A stretch of 64,000 nucleotides of DNA from Spirochaetia bacterium (GCA_963662795.1 OY759746.1:1632001-1696000), one strand, 5' to 3'; shown: positions 37,335 through 46,878, numbered from the stretch's first letter. Translations and numbers: made by a program. The notes: a model not told the origin generated them from the letters alone.

Positions 37335-38645
37335 ATGACAAAAAAAACAGGAAACAGGCCCAGGACGATAAGAAACAGCAACCTCAAGCTGATGCTCAAT
37401 CTGTATGGTGAACAAAAGGCTCTTTCTGTTTCTGAAATAGCATCAAGAATAAATTTAAGCAGGACAACTGTTTCAAAGATAAATGAAAAGCTTCTTGCCC
37501 TTAATCTGGTTGCAGCCTGCGGAAAAGGCGACTCGACTGATGAAGGGGGAAAGAAGCCTGAACTATACTGCCTGAACCGGCAGTTCGGCCATATCATATG
37601 TTTTCATATTATAGAAGGCTTTATAAATGTAAAGATATTTGATCTTTCTCTCACTGCAATAAACAAAGAAAAAATACCGACCAGGGATGATGAGTCTCTT
37701 GAAAATATAATTTCTGTTATTGGAAAAAAAGTGGAGGAATATTTATCTGATTCAGCGGCTGATGAGGAAACGCAAATGCGCGCTGATTATAAATCCGGGG
37801 GCGGCTTAAACCGGGATGAAAAAAATAACAGGGGAAGCCGGCTCCTTGGAATATCTGTTTCGGTTCATGGAATTATTGATTCCGAGAAAGGGATATGCTA
37901 TACAGCTCCTCATTTCCCTTCCTGGGGGAGCAACAGGAATATAAAGAAAATGATTATTGAAAAACTCGGCCCGTCAATAACTGTTCACGTGGACAGCTGG
38001 ATCAGGTTTAAAGCCTACAGCGCAAAAATTGAGGGCGATGAGCCGGTATTTAAAAACTATGTGCTACTTGATGCCGGGCAGCACGGAATTGTTTCAGGTG
38101 TGGTAATAAACGGAGAACTTTTTTCGGGACATCACTATCTTTCCGGTGAAATCGGGCATACAATTGTTTCCGCGACAGATGTTAAACAGTGCTACTGCGG
38201 GGGATACGGCTGCCTTGAAACTTTTATAGACTGCAGGAGTCTTGTCGCTAAAGCAGTTTCCATGAAGAACAGATATCCCGAATCCCTGATTTTTAAAAAT
38301 AGTCAGAATGTTCCGGAACCGGAGATCTTTGATATTTTCAGGGCCTCCAATAATAACGATGAACTCGCCTGTCTTTTAATGGATGAAGCCGCCGGCTGGT
38401 TTGCCATCGGGCTTTCCAATGTTTTTCTCATGTTTGATCCTGAAGTCATATATTTTGAGGGCGACTATTCCAATGCCGGAGATTATTTTATCAACAGGCT
38501 TAATGAGAAAATTAATTCTGTTTCCCTTAACGGACTTGAAAAAAACTTCAGGATTATTTTTCAGGACTCAAGGCACAGTATGACCATGCTCGGCGCTGCA
38601 GCGTTTGCGCGGGATTACTATCTTTTCAATAAAATAGAAGCCTGA
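37335..38645 (+). CDS. ROK-family transcriptional repressor
   Basis: N-terminal HTH (LSVSEIASRINLSRTTVS, GGKKP) and ROK Zn motif GEIGH...CYCGGYGCLE. Confidence 0.88.
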   Translation: MTKKTGNRPRTIRNSNLKLMLNLYGEQKALSVSEIASRINLSRTTVSKINEKLLALNLVAACGKGDSTDEGGKKPELYCLNRQFGHIICFHIIEGFINVKIFDLSLTAINKEKIPTRDDESLENIISVIGKKVEEYLSDSAADEETQMRADYKSGGGLNRDEKNNRGSRLLGISVSVHGIIDSEKGICYTAPHFPSWGSNRNIKKMIIEKLGPSITVHVDSWIRFKAYSAKIEGDEPVFKNYVLLDAGQHGIVSGVVINGELFSGHHYLSGEIGHTIVSATDVKQCYCGGYGCLETFIDCRSLVAKAVSMKNRYPESLIFKNSQNVPEPEIFDIFRASNNNDELACLLMDEAAGWFAIGLSNVFLMFDPEVIYFEGDYSNAGDYFINRLNEKINSVSLNGLEKNFRIIFQDSRHSMTMLGAAAFARDYYLFNKIEA

Positions 38646-38704
38646 TGCGGGATTATCAAAAAAAACGGTTTCCAAAATAAAGCATTCTGTATCATAATAT
38701 ATAT

Positions 38705-39733
38705 ATGGGTACTCCTGAAAAACTTACAATCGATGATGTTGCGAAATACTGCGGATGTTCACGGGCTACTGTGTCCAGGGTGATGAATCATGATAAACGG
38801 GTAAGACCTGAGACTGCCGAAGCTGTAGAGGCTGCCATGGAGAAACTCGGTTATCATCCCAATTCCATGGCAAGGGCCCTTTCCGCCGGAAAGACAAACA
38901 CTGTAGCTGTTGTGGTCCCTGAAAAATGGCAGGATCAGCCTTATTATATAAAGCTGATCGATGCTATAGAAGATGTTGCAGATTCCAGAGGATATAATAT
39001 AATTTTAAAGAGACGCAAATATATCGACTCTGTTGCCGAACTTGTAAGCCGCAAGCAGGTTGACGGTGTTATTTTCAGGAATATGGAAGAAACGGGGAAG
39101 GAACTTGCCCTTTACGGAAAAATGGAAAGGATGGGGCTTCCTTTTATTCTTATAGGAAAACCGGTCTCAGCCTATCCTTTTATTAAGGTGGATAATGTCG
39201 GGGGGGCAAGGGCTGTCGCTTCATACCTCGCTGAACAGGGATATGAAAAAATCCTGTTTATAAAAGGGCCTGAAGATCATGTGGATTCAATTGACCGTCT
39301 TGCGGGACTTAAAATAGGTCTTTCAGAGAAAGGTTTTAACCTCGATAATCTGTTACTCTCTAACGGGGATTATTCAACAGAGAGCGGCTATCGCACGGCA
39401 AAAGAATATTTTACGAAAAACAGGGCTGATGCCGTATTTGCTGCCAATGACAGAATGGCGCTTGGAGTACTGCTTTACTGCAGGGAAAAAGGGATACAGG
39501 TGCCTGAAGAACTCGGCATAGTCGGGTTTGATGACAACTTCTTTGCCGAGTATTTAACCCCACCCCTTACAACTGTTAAACCGCCGATGTATGAAATCGG
39601 GATTGTCGCAATGGAATCACTGATCAGAATGATTGAAAACAGGGAGAGACCCAATATCCGGGTAATACTGCCGGCAGAGCTTATTATAAGGGAATCGTGC
39701 CGGACGGGGATGCGGCCGGAGAAAAAAACTTGA
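38705..39733 (+). CDS. LacI-family transcriptional regulator
   Basis: TIDDVAKYCGCSRATVSRVMN, LGYHPN..ARAL, VDN..G, ANDRMA, GFDD, PPLTTV. Confidence 0.93.
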   Translation: MGTPEKLTIDDVAKYCGCSRATVSRVMNHDKRVRPETAEAVEAAMEKLGYHPNSMARALSAGKTNTVAVVVPEKWQDQPYYIKLIDAIEDVADSRGYNIILKRRKYIDSVAELVSRKQVDGVIFRNMEETGKELALYGKMERMGLPFILIGKPVSAYPFIKVDNVGGARAVASYLAEQGYEKILFIKGPEDHVDSIDRLAGLKIGLSEKGFNLDNLLLSNGDYSTESGYRTAKEYFTKNRADAVFAANDRMALGVLLYCREKGIQVPEELGIVGFDDNFFAEYLTPPLTTVKPPMYEIGIVAMESLIRMIENRERPNIRVILPAELIIRESCRTGMRPEKKT

Positions 39734-39787
39734 CATCCTTTAATGTTAGGTTATAATGGAGTTGTTACTAAAATGTAATCGCTTCCA
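39730..39787 (+). promoter_or_regulatory. Sigma70 promoter plus LacI-type operator
   Basis: TTGACA 39730-35, 16 bp spacer, TATAAT 39752-57. TGTAATCGCTTCCA 39774-87 has the central CG typical of LacI-family sites. Confidence 0.65.
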
Positions 39788-39817
39788 TAATTATAACATA
39801 AAAAAACAGGAGGAATT

Positions 39818-40972
39818 ATGAGAAAAAGTCTTATTATCATGCTTGTTCTGCTGCTGACGGCAGGACTGGTATTCGCGGGCGGAAAAAAAGAAGCCGGAAA
39901 GATTGTTCTGATGACAGCTGGAGACACCAACATGCTTGCTATCCAACAGAATGTTTTAGGTCCCCAGTTTGCGGCATTGAACCCCGGCACAGGGCTGATC
40001 TCTGTTCATACCGGCCCGGGAAACGCCGGTTCCCAGAGAATTTATGAAAAACTTCTTGCGGAAAGTGAATCAAAGAAAGAAGTATGGGATATTGATGTGG
40101 CAATTGTTCATGAAATCTTCATGAAATGGGCAATGGACAAAGATCTTCTTCTCCCATACGCAAAAGAGAATGATTCCTGGAAATATGTAACATCGCCTTT
40201 TGCGAAAAATACTCTCGGAGTTAATATTGAAGGTTATGCCATTCCCATGTTCCACAGCCAGACCGCTATAGCCTACAATCCGCAGTTTGTGAAAAACCCG
40301 CCGAAAACCTATGCTGAACTTGAGAAATGGGTTAAAGAGAACCCAGGAAAATTCGGATACAACGGAGTCAAGGGCGGAGCTTCGGGCGTTTCATTTGTTG
40401 TCGGATGGGTTTACTGGAAAACCGGGAGATATGAAAAACTTGCCGTTACAGGTCCTGTAGAGCAGTCGGAAATAGCATCCTGGGAAGGAGCATACAAAGC
40501 TCTTGAGGATTTCAACCAGAATGTTACCTATACTGCCGGTAATGTCGGAACACTTGACGCGCTTAACAGGGGCGAAATATGGATGGGCCCGGTCTGGGTT
40601 GATATGTTTTTTACATTCATGAAGGAAGGAAAACTTAATCCTGAAACAAGAATGATACTTCCTGATCCGGGTATGCCTGGACAGCCGATGTATTATGTAA
40701 TACCAAAAAAAGCCGCCAATCCGGAACTTGCAAAAAAATATATAGCATTCGCAACTTCACCTGAAGTACAGGGAAAGGAAATTGTTGAGAAATTCAACTG
40801 GTATCCCGGTATTGACGGATCTTTCCTTGAAGGAAAAGTTCCGCCGGAAGTCTATAAAAAGATTTACAGTGATGTAACTCCGGCAGATTTGCAGAAAAAA
40901 GGCCTTTCATTTCCGCTTGCTGATTATCACACAGCAATGCTTGAATCATACGAGAAATGGGTCAGGAAATAA
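39818..40972 (+). CDS. ABC substrate-binding protein (PotD/YnjB-like cluster)
   Basis: Signal ending VFAGGKKE, AYNP..VKNPPKTYAEL..W.KENPGKFGY..GGASG. Confidence 0.82.
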   Translation: MRKSLIIMLVLLLTAGLVFAGGKKEAGKIVLMTAGDTNMLAIQQNVLGPQFAALNPGTGLISVHTGPGNAGSQRIYEKLLAESESKKEVWDIDVAIVHEIFMKWAMDKDLLLPYAKENDSWKYVTSPFAKNTLGVNIEGYAIPMFHSQTAIAYNPQFVKNPPKTYAELEKWVKENPGKFGYNGVKGGASGVSFVVGWVYWKTGRYEKLAVTGPVEQSEIASWEGAYKALEDFNQNVTYTAGNVGTLDALNRGEIWMGPVWVDMFFTFMKEGKLNPETRMILPDPGMPGQPMYYVIPKKAANPELAKKYIAFATSPEVQGKEIVEKFNWYPGIDGSFLEGKVPPEVYKKIYSDVTPADLQKKGLSFPLADYHTAMLESYEKWVRK

Positions 40973-41841
40973 TGGATAGTTCCGTAATCGGAAGGAAGGG
41001 AGCCTTTCGTCTCCCTTCCTATGTATTCCTTCTGTTTCCTGCAGTAGCATTTATTCTTATAATGTACGCTTATCCCTTTATCCTTTCTTTTGTTAAAAGC
41101 TTTGAACTGGACGGGGCTTTTTCTACAGCTAACTACAAAAAAGCTGTTGACCTTTATTATAAGGATATTACTTTTACCTTTCTGGTTACCCTGTTTAACA
41201 GTACTCTCGCGACATTGTTCGGTGTTCTGCTTTCTGTTTATTTCAGGCTGAACGATTCAGTAATTTCACGGACACTTATCAAGCTGTACAGGATTCCGAT
41301 TTTTATTCCGTTTGTTGTTGTTGCCCAGATGATGAACAGCTTCCTTGCTCCCCACGGAATATTGAATCTGTTCCTGGGAAAGGCCGGGCTTGTAAACCTT
41401 GATAATCCATTGCAGCTGTTTAACTTCGCAGGTCTTTCTTTCGGATTTGCATGGAAGCTTATTCCTTTTACCGTGATGATAATATTCGGCGGGTTTCAGA
41501 TGATAGACAACAGCTATATTGAGGCTGCAAGAAGCGCCGGCGCTAAACTGCATCAGATAATCATAAAAATACTTATTCCGATGAACAGTTCAAGCATTCT
41601 TGTCGCGCTTGTGCTTGTCTATTCACAGATTGTCGGCACTTTTACACTGCCCTATATGCTTATAGGGGGTAAAATACCTACAACCATTACTGTTGATATT
41701 GCACACAGGGTTAACTATTACAGGGATTTCGGGGTAGCAAATGCACTCGGGGTCTTTTCCTATATTATGGTTATAATTACCGCGGTTTATTATTTGAAAA
41801 TGAATATGAGGGATGCAAAGATTTCGCATCCCCAGGGCTGA
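40972..41841 (+). CDS. ABC permease (PotB-like)
   Basis: EAA motif YIEAARSAGA and six hydrophobic segments. Coupled start (TAATG). Confidence 0.88.
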   Translation: MDSSVIGRKGAFRLPSYVFLLFPAVAFILIMYAYPFILSFVKSFELDGAFSTANYKKAVDLYYKDITFTFLVTLFNSTLATLFGVLLSVYFRLNDSVISRTLIKLYRIPIFIPFVVVAQMMNSFLAPHGILNLFLGKAGLVNLDNPLQLFNFAGLSFGFAWKLIPFTVMIIFGGFQMIDNSYIEAARSAGAKLHQIIIKILIPMNSSSILVALVLVYSQIVGTFTLPYMLIGGKIPTTITVDIAHRVNYYRDFGVANALGVFSYIMVIITAVYYLKMNMRDAKISHPQG

Positions 41842-41851
41842 AAGGGAAAAA

Positions 41852-42682
41852 ATGAAGAGTAAAAAATATTATTTCAGATTTTCAATGGACCTGCTTCTGT
41901 TTGTGCTTTCACTATTAATACTTTTCGGGCCTATGTTAAGCCTTGCTCTCTGGTCTGTCGCAGAACAGTGGTACTGGCCCAATCTGCTTCCGCAGAAGGT
42001 GGGTTTTTCTTACTGGGCACAGGCCATGGGCTTGAAAATGAGTTATGCGATAGGAGCTGTAAGCATCGTCCCCGCATTCTTGAGAAGTATCGCAATCGCG
42101 GTTGTAACAGTTGTCATTTCAATGTCGATAGCCATCCCGGCAGGTTATGCCCTTGCCAAATTCAAGGTGCCGTTCGCAAGCCTGCTTCTGCTGCTGTTTC
42201 TGATGCCCAACGCGTTTCCGCAGCAGCCGATATTTGTAAACCTCTTAAGTATTTTTACCAAATGGGGGCTTGCCGGAACTGTTACAGGGGTAATTTTAGT
42301 CCACGTCCTTGTAGGGCTTGTGTACGGGATATGGATAACAAGTTCAACCTTCAAGGCAATACCGAACCATCTTATTGAGGCAGCCCGGAGTGTCGGGGCA
42401 GGCAGCAGAACTGCTTTTCTTAAAATTACACTGCCGCTTGCCGCGCCGGGGCTGCTTGCAAGTTCTGTATTTGTTTTTATAACATCGCTCGATGAATTTA
42501 CAGGAACGTTTTTTATCGGTCTTCCATTTGTAAATACCCTTCCGCTTACGCTTTATTCGGCAAGCGGAACAAACATGCAGTTTGCATCGGTAATAGGGGT
42601 ACTGCTCCTTATACCCAGTATTATATTTATGTCATTGGTCCAGAAGCTTCTTAAGGCAGAATATGTCGGGGGAATGGGTTAA
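41852..42682 (+). CDS. ABC permease (PotC-like)
   Basis: WYWPNLLP, LIEAARSVGA, ITLPLAAPG, SLDEF. Confidence 0.88.
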   Translation: MKSKKYYFRFSMDLLLFVLSLLILFGPMLSLALWSVAEQWYWPNLLPQKVGFSYWAQAMGLKMSYAIGAVSIVPAFLRSIAIAVVTVVISMSIAIPAGYALAKFKVPFASLLLLLFLMPNAFPQQPIFVNLLSIFTKWGLAGTVTGVILVHVLVGLVYGIWITSSTFKAIPNHLIEAARSVGAGSRTAFLKITLPLAAPGLLASSVFVFITSLDEFTGTFFIGLPFVNTLPLTLYSASGTNMQFASVIGVLLLIPSIIFMSLVQKLLKAEYVGGMG

Positions 42683-42700
42683 TGCAATCCGGAGAAAAAA

Positions 42701-43759
42701 ATGTCTGAGCTCAGATTAAAAAATATATATAAAAGTTACGGAAAAACAGCAGTTATAAACGGCCTCAGCCTTGATGTAAAGGACGGGGAGCTTGTTACGC
42801 TTCTCGGACCGTCAGGCTGCGGCAAGACAACAACGCTTCGCTGTGTCACAGGATTTTTAAATCCGGAAAAGGGAGATATTTTTATAGGTGAAAAAAATAT
42901 CACTGAAATTCCTCCGGAGAAAAGGGGGATCGGCCTTGTTTTTCAGAATTACGCACTCTGGCCGCATATGACAATATTTGAAAACCTGGCTTTCGGTCTG
43001 CGGCTGAGAAAAATGAAGGAAGGCGTGATTCAAAAAAAAGTTATGGAAGGACTTTCGATTGTTAAGCTTGAAGCATTCGGGGACAGATATCCGAGGCAGC
43101 TTTCGGGCGGCCAGCAGCAGAGAGTTGCGCTCGCGAGGGCTATTGTGCTTGAACCTGATATTCTTCTCCTTGATGAACCTCTATCCAATCTTGATGCTCT
43201 CCTCAGGGAGCAGATGAGGTTTGAAATCGGACAGATCCATAAAAATTTCAAAATTACAACAATATATGTTACACATGATCAGACAGAGGCAATGGTTATT
43301 TCCGACAGGATAGTTATCCTTAATAAGGGAATAATAATGCAGCAGGGATCTCCGACCGAGGTATATTCAAAACCTGAAAATAAATTTGTCGCAGGGTTCA
43401 TGGGGACAACAAACTTTATTCCGGGAGAAATTTCTGAAACGAGGGGTGAACGCCTTTTAATGACAACAGGGGGAGGCAGAAAACTGCTGTGCAGCGGGCC
43501 GGAAACAGAAAAAGGGAAAAAATGTGAAGCCGCAGTAAGGCCGGAAAACATCTTTTTTTGTCCGTCAGGCGAAACCGGCGAAAATATATTTCCGGCCCTT
43601 GTTACAAGGGCATCCTATACGGGTGACATGATTGATTATGAAATAGAATTCGACGGCATCAGGCTGAGGGCAAGGGGAAGCGTAAAAGAGAGAGCTGAAG
43701 CCGGGGATAAAATCAATATTAAAATTGATCCTGATCACACTCCAGTTCTCTTTGAATAG
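42701..43759 (+). CDS. ABC ATPase (PotA/MalK-like, with TOBE domain)
   Basis: GPSGCGKT, FQNYALWPH, LSGGQQQRVALARA, LLDEPLSNLD, YVTHDQ. Confidence 0.93.
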   Translation: MSELRLKNIYKSYGKTAVINGLSLDVKDGELVTLLGPSGCGKTTTLRCVTGFLNPEKGDIFIGEKNITEIPPEKRGIGLVFQNYALWPHMTIFENLAFGLRLRKMKEGVIQKKVMEGLSIVKLEAFGDRYPRQLSGGQQQRVALARAIVLEPDILLLDEPLSNLDALLREQMRFEIGQIHKNFKITTIYVTHDQTEAMVISDRIVILNKGIIMQQGSPTEVYSKPENKFVAGFMGTTNFIPGEISETRGERLLMTTGGGRKLLCSGPETEKGKKCEAAVRPENIFFCPSGETGENIFPALVTRASYTGDMIDYEIEFDGIRLRARGSVKERAEAGDKINIKIDPDHTPVLFE

Positions 43760-43764
43760 TTCAT

Positions 43765-44415
43765 ATGTACAGCAACAGCACAACACTCAATTCTCTTGAT
43801 GACATAATAAAAATTTCATATTCCGGGGAGATTGAGAAAATATCCCCGGAAATAGCGCAGCTTTCGGACATCCGGGAAAATGACGGGTTTCACGACAATG
43901 ATCCGGTGCTTGATCATGTTAAGCGTGTTGTGGAAAATATTATTCTGCTTCTGGAAAACAGTCAGCATAAAGGTGATTATTTTAACTCATTTATCGGAAG
44001 CTGCAGAAGAAGGGATCTTCTGGTTGTTTCTGCTGTTTTTCATGATATAGCCAAGGTAAAAGTATTCAGGGAAGATGACGGTATAACATCATGTCCAGGA
44101 CACGAGAGTGCGGGTGTTGAAATGATAAGGGAGTTCTTTGCGGACAGGCTTCCAGGGGACGCGGAACTTGATTATATCCTTCGTGTTGTTGAGGCCCACG
44201 GGATCCCTCATGTTTATCTTAAGCCGGATAACGTAAATATCGACAGGGATTTTGATATGCTTGCAGCAAGGTATTCCGGTATTTACCCCGATCTTCTTCT
44301 TTTTCTGAAAGCTGATGTTGCCGGTTCCCAGCTTGAAGCAAAAAACAGGAAGCTGTTTGATTTTATAAACAATTATCTTGACAAGAGAATTGAATCTTTT
44401 TTCAGCCTGAAATGA
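43765..44415 (+). CDS. HD-domain metal-dependent phosphohydrolase
   Basis: H..D.VLDH, FHDIAK, GHE..G, distal H and AD residues. Confidence 0.72.
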   Translation: MYSNSTTLNSLDDIIKISYSGEIEKISPEIAQLSDIRENDGFHDNDPVLDHVKRVVENIILLLENSQHKGDYFNSFIGSCRRRDLLVVSAVFHDIAKVKVFREDDGITSCPGHESAGVEMIREFFADRLPGDAELDYILRVVEAHGIPHVYLKPDNVNIDRDFDMLAARYSGIYPDLLLFLKADVAGSQLEAKNRKLFDFINNYLDKRIESFFSLK

Positions 44416-45118
44416 TTTCGAGCAGTTTTTTTACATTTCTTGTAGTTACTGAATAAACACCTGATTTAGCATAAGCCTTCATAAGGCCGATGTCATCAAT
44501 CGTCCAGAGGGAAACCGGTACATATCTTTTCCGGAGTATATCAACAATCTCTGCGTCACAGAAATCAAATCCCATATTAAGGCAGATGCCTCCGGACCTC
44601 CTGTATATATCTGTCAGATAATCTATATAGGATTTTTTATCAGATTTATAAAGCGCAATAACATTTTCAGGGATAAATTCCTCTGAAATGTTAACCATGA
44701 AGCCGGCGTCGGGGTAAAGGGTTTTAAGGGATGCCGCCTGCTGAGCTGTATATCCTGAAAATACGCACCTTCGCTCTGAACCTGTTTTTGCTAATATTCC
44801 CATCACTTCAGCGATACAGCTGAAATCCTTGATGTCCAGGTTTAACTGGATATTCTTCCCGGCTGTTTTTCCAAGTGCATCAGACAGTGAAACAATTCCC
44901 TTTAAATCAGCATAGCCGGTTTCTGCTATTGATTTTACTCCGGTAAAGTATGATGTCTTGTAATAGTTATCGTGGGACAATACCGGAATCCGGTCCTTTG
45001 TAATCCTCACATCAATTTCCGCGGCATCAGCCCCGCAGTCAATTGCGGCAAGAATAAATTCAAGTGAATTAGGTTTTGTATTTTCACATCCTGAGTGTGC
45101 AGTTACAAGCGGTCTCAT
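44402..45118 (-). CDS. Glycerophosphodiester phosphodiesterase (GDPD/UgpQ family)
   Basis: TAHSG, PNS, EIDVRITKD..VLSHD, NLDIK, WTID, GV..VTT. Confidence 0.85.
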   Translation of the reverse strand: MRPLVTAHSGCENTKPNSLEFILAAIDCGADAAEIDVRITKDRIPVLSHDNYYKTSYFTGVKSIAETGYADLKGIVSLSDALGKTAGKNIQLNLDIKDFSCIAEVMGILAKTGSERRCVFSGYTAQQAASLKTLYPDAGFMVNISEEFIPENVIALYKSDKKSYIDYLTDIYRRSGGICLNMGFDFCDAEIVDILRKRYVPVSLWTIDDIGLMKAYAKSGVYSVTTRNVKKLLEIISG

Positions 45119-45120
45119 TT

Positions 45121-45990
45121 TTATTTCATTCTTGCAAGGACATCTTCGATAGTCCCTGTAAATCTTCCGGGTTTCTCCATTTTTATGCTTGTAAGGGCTG
45201 CAGCATATCTAACCGCTTCTTCCGGGCCATGGGTAAGGTGTCTCGCAAGATATGACGCAAAACATGTGTCGCCCCGTCCTGTTCTTCCTGAAAGATTTTC
45301 AGGATTAAAGGGAGCCCTGTGGATTTTGCCTTCTGCAAGGACAAGTACTTCTGTGTTATGTGTTACCATTACCTCTTTTGCCCCGAGTTCTGCAAGTATC
45401 CTTGCGGCTTTTTCCCTGTCATCAGTGTCGGTCAGAATCTCGGCTTCAGCCGCGTCTGTTTTGAGAAATGTTATCATTGGAAGATATGTCTTTTTATTAT
45501 CCCAGTCGCGGAAAAGCAGTTTCCCGCCGTCGCTGCATCTTAATAGTCCCTGCGCGTCAATCGCAACAGCCGCTTTTTTTGAAAGGGGGGTAATAAGTGT
45601 TTCCGGCAGCTCATCCCTGAACAGCCCGGCAAGGTGGAATATTTTTGTTTCTTCATCTGGTATGTCTTTTTCTGTAAACGGCTGGGCACTTGAGAGCAGG
45701 GTAACTTTTCTTTTTTCCCTGTCTGCGGAGAGGTAAACATTTTCAATTGATGTTGATAAAGGGGACTCAATTATTTTAAGATCAATATTCTTCCCCCTGA
45801 TATATTCAATATCTTTCCAGTCTTCTCTGGCTGCCTTTGTTACAACCAGGACTTCTGCTCCTGTCTGCGATGCTGATGCTGAAGAATATACCACAGGACC
45901 AGCCGTAAACCTCTGTTCCTCGTTTATATCGGGGTAAATCATTATATCTTTTGAAACATGACCCATCATGATAATGTCATACTTTTTCAT
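45121..45990 (-). CDS. PfkB/ribokinase-family kinase with PPi-dependent signature (TM0415-like, possibly an inositol kinase)
   Basis: GHVSKD, DAQG, LKTDAAEA, F-x7-RTGRGDT, KME. Confidence 0.8.
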   Translation of the reverse strand: MKKYDIIMMGHVSKDIMIYPDINEEQRFTAGPVVYSSASASQTGAEVLVVTKAAREDWKDIEYIRGKNIDLKIIESPLSTSIENVYLSADREKRKVTLLSSAQPFTEKDIPDEETKIFHLAGLFRDELPETLITPLSKKAAVAIDAQGLLRCSDGGKLLFRDWDNKKTYLPMITFLKTDAAEAEILTDTDDREKAARILAELGAKEVMVTHNTEVLVLAEGKIHRAPFNPENLSGRTGRGDTCFASYLARHLTHGPEEAVRYAAALTSIKMEKPGRFTGTIEDVLARMK

Positions 45991-46078
45991 AAATGCCTCT
46001 TTTATTTGTTTACTGTTTTCAATGATACATGCAAATATTATTATAGTAAATATTCAATGATTTAAAATGTTAAAATAA

Positions 46079-46092
46079 TGTAACCGCGTACA
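46079..46092. promoter_or_regulatory. LacI-type operator candidate upstream of the kinase-GDPD operon
   Basis: TGTAACCGCGTACA, 11/14 identical to the site at 39774-87. Confidence 0.55.
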
Positions 46093-46163
46093 TGAGCTGC
46101 AGTTTTAAATTTATACAAAATCCAATATACCTGATTTCATAAATTTTCAGTATTCGATTATTA

Positions 46164-46189
46164 TGAAACTTATTTGTCTTTTTTGCATA
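46164..46189 (+). promoter_or_regulatory. ECF (SigW-like) promoter candidate upstream of the sigma gene
   Basis: TGAAAC-N16-CATA. Confidence 0.5.
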
Positions 46190-46264
46190 TATTCTGATGT
46201 AGAATGGTAAAAGAAAGGATATGTATGAATAAAATTTTTGATCATCAATTATAAAATATATTTT

Positions 46265-46855
46265 ATGGATACAAGTACCCGAATGAATGATGACGAACAG
46301 GATGTTAAAAGTATTCAGGCAGTACTCAATGGAGAGAGGAATGCATTTGCATCAATAGTATCCCGCTATACTCAGGTATTATTTTCCCTGAGTTATCATA
46401 TGACTGGCAACAGAGAAGAAGCCGAGGAAGCTGTTCAGGAAATATTTATTCTTATTTTTAGAAAACTGCATAAATATAATCAGGGAAAACGGTTTTATAC
46501 CTGGATGTTTACGGTTGCTGTAAACTATCTTAAAACACTTGTCAGAAAAAGAAATAGATTCCCGCAGCATCCGGATCAGCGCTTTGATGATTCTTTTCAA
46601 TACGAATTGAATACCCTGCCGGAAAGCACTCCTGAAAATGATTTAATCCGCAGAGAATCCGGAAAAGTTCTCCAGTCCGCCCTTAACCGCCTGCCGCTGA
46701 AGTACAGGGCTGTTTTCATACTCCGGGAAGTCGAGGGAATATCAATAAAAGAGACAGCCTTAATTCTGAGAATCCCTGAAAATACGGTTAAGACATTCAG
46801 CAGACGCGGTAAAGAGGAATTAAAAAAAATCATTGTTTCAATGAACTGGAATTGA
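46265..46855 (+). CDS. ECF RNA polymerase sigma factor
   Basis: EAEEAVQEIF, FYTWMFTVAVN (region 2). LPLKYRAVFILREVEG.S.KE.A.IL.IPENTVKT...RG (region 4). Confidence 0.92.
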   Translation: MDTSTRMNDDEQDVKSIQAVLNGERNAFASIVSRYTQVLFSLSYHMTGNREEAEEAVQEIFILIFRKLHKYNQGKRFYTWMFTVAVNYLKTLVRKRNRFPQHPDQRFDDSFQYELNTLPESTPENDLIRRESGKVLQSALNRLPLKYRAVFILREVEGISIKETALILRIPENTVKTFSRRGKEELKKIIVSMNWN

Positions 46856-46878
46856 AACTTTATCATTTAAAGCGAGTA
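46853..46878 (+). promoter_or_regulatory. Second ECF promoter candidate overlapping the sigma stop codon
   Basis: TGAAAC-N16-AGTA. The TGA is the sigma stop codon. Confidence 0.5.

Noticed and set aside
39818-43759. Naming the ABC systems potABCD (also 52196..56217)
   Set aside because: Family resemblance only. Neighbouring phosphoesterases and sugar regulators argue against polyamine specificity.
45095-45736. 213-aa plus-strand ORF
   Set aside because: Antisense to the PfkB kinase, Ser-rich shadow translation.
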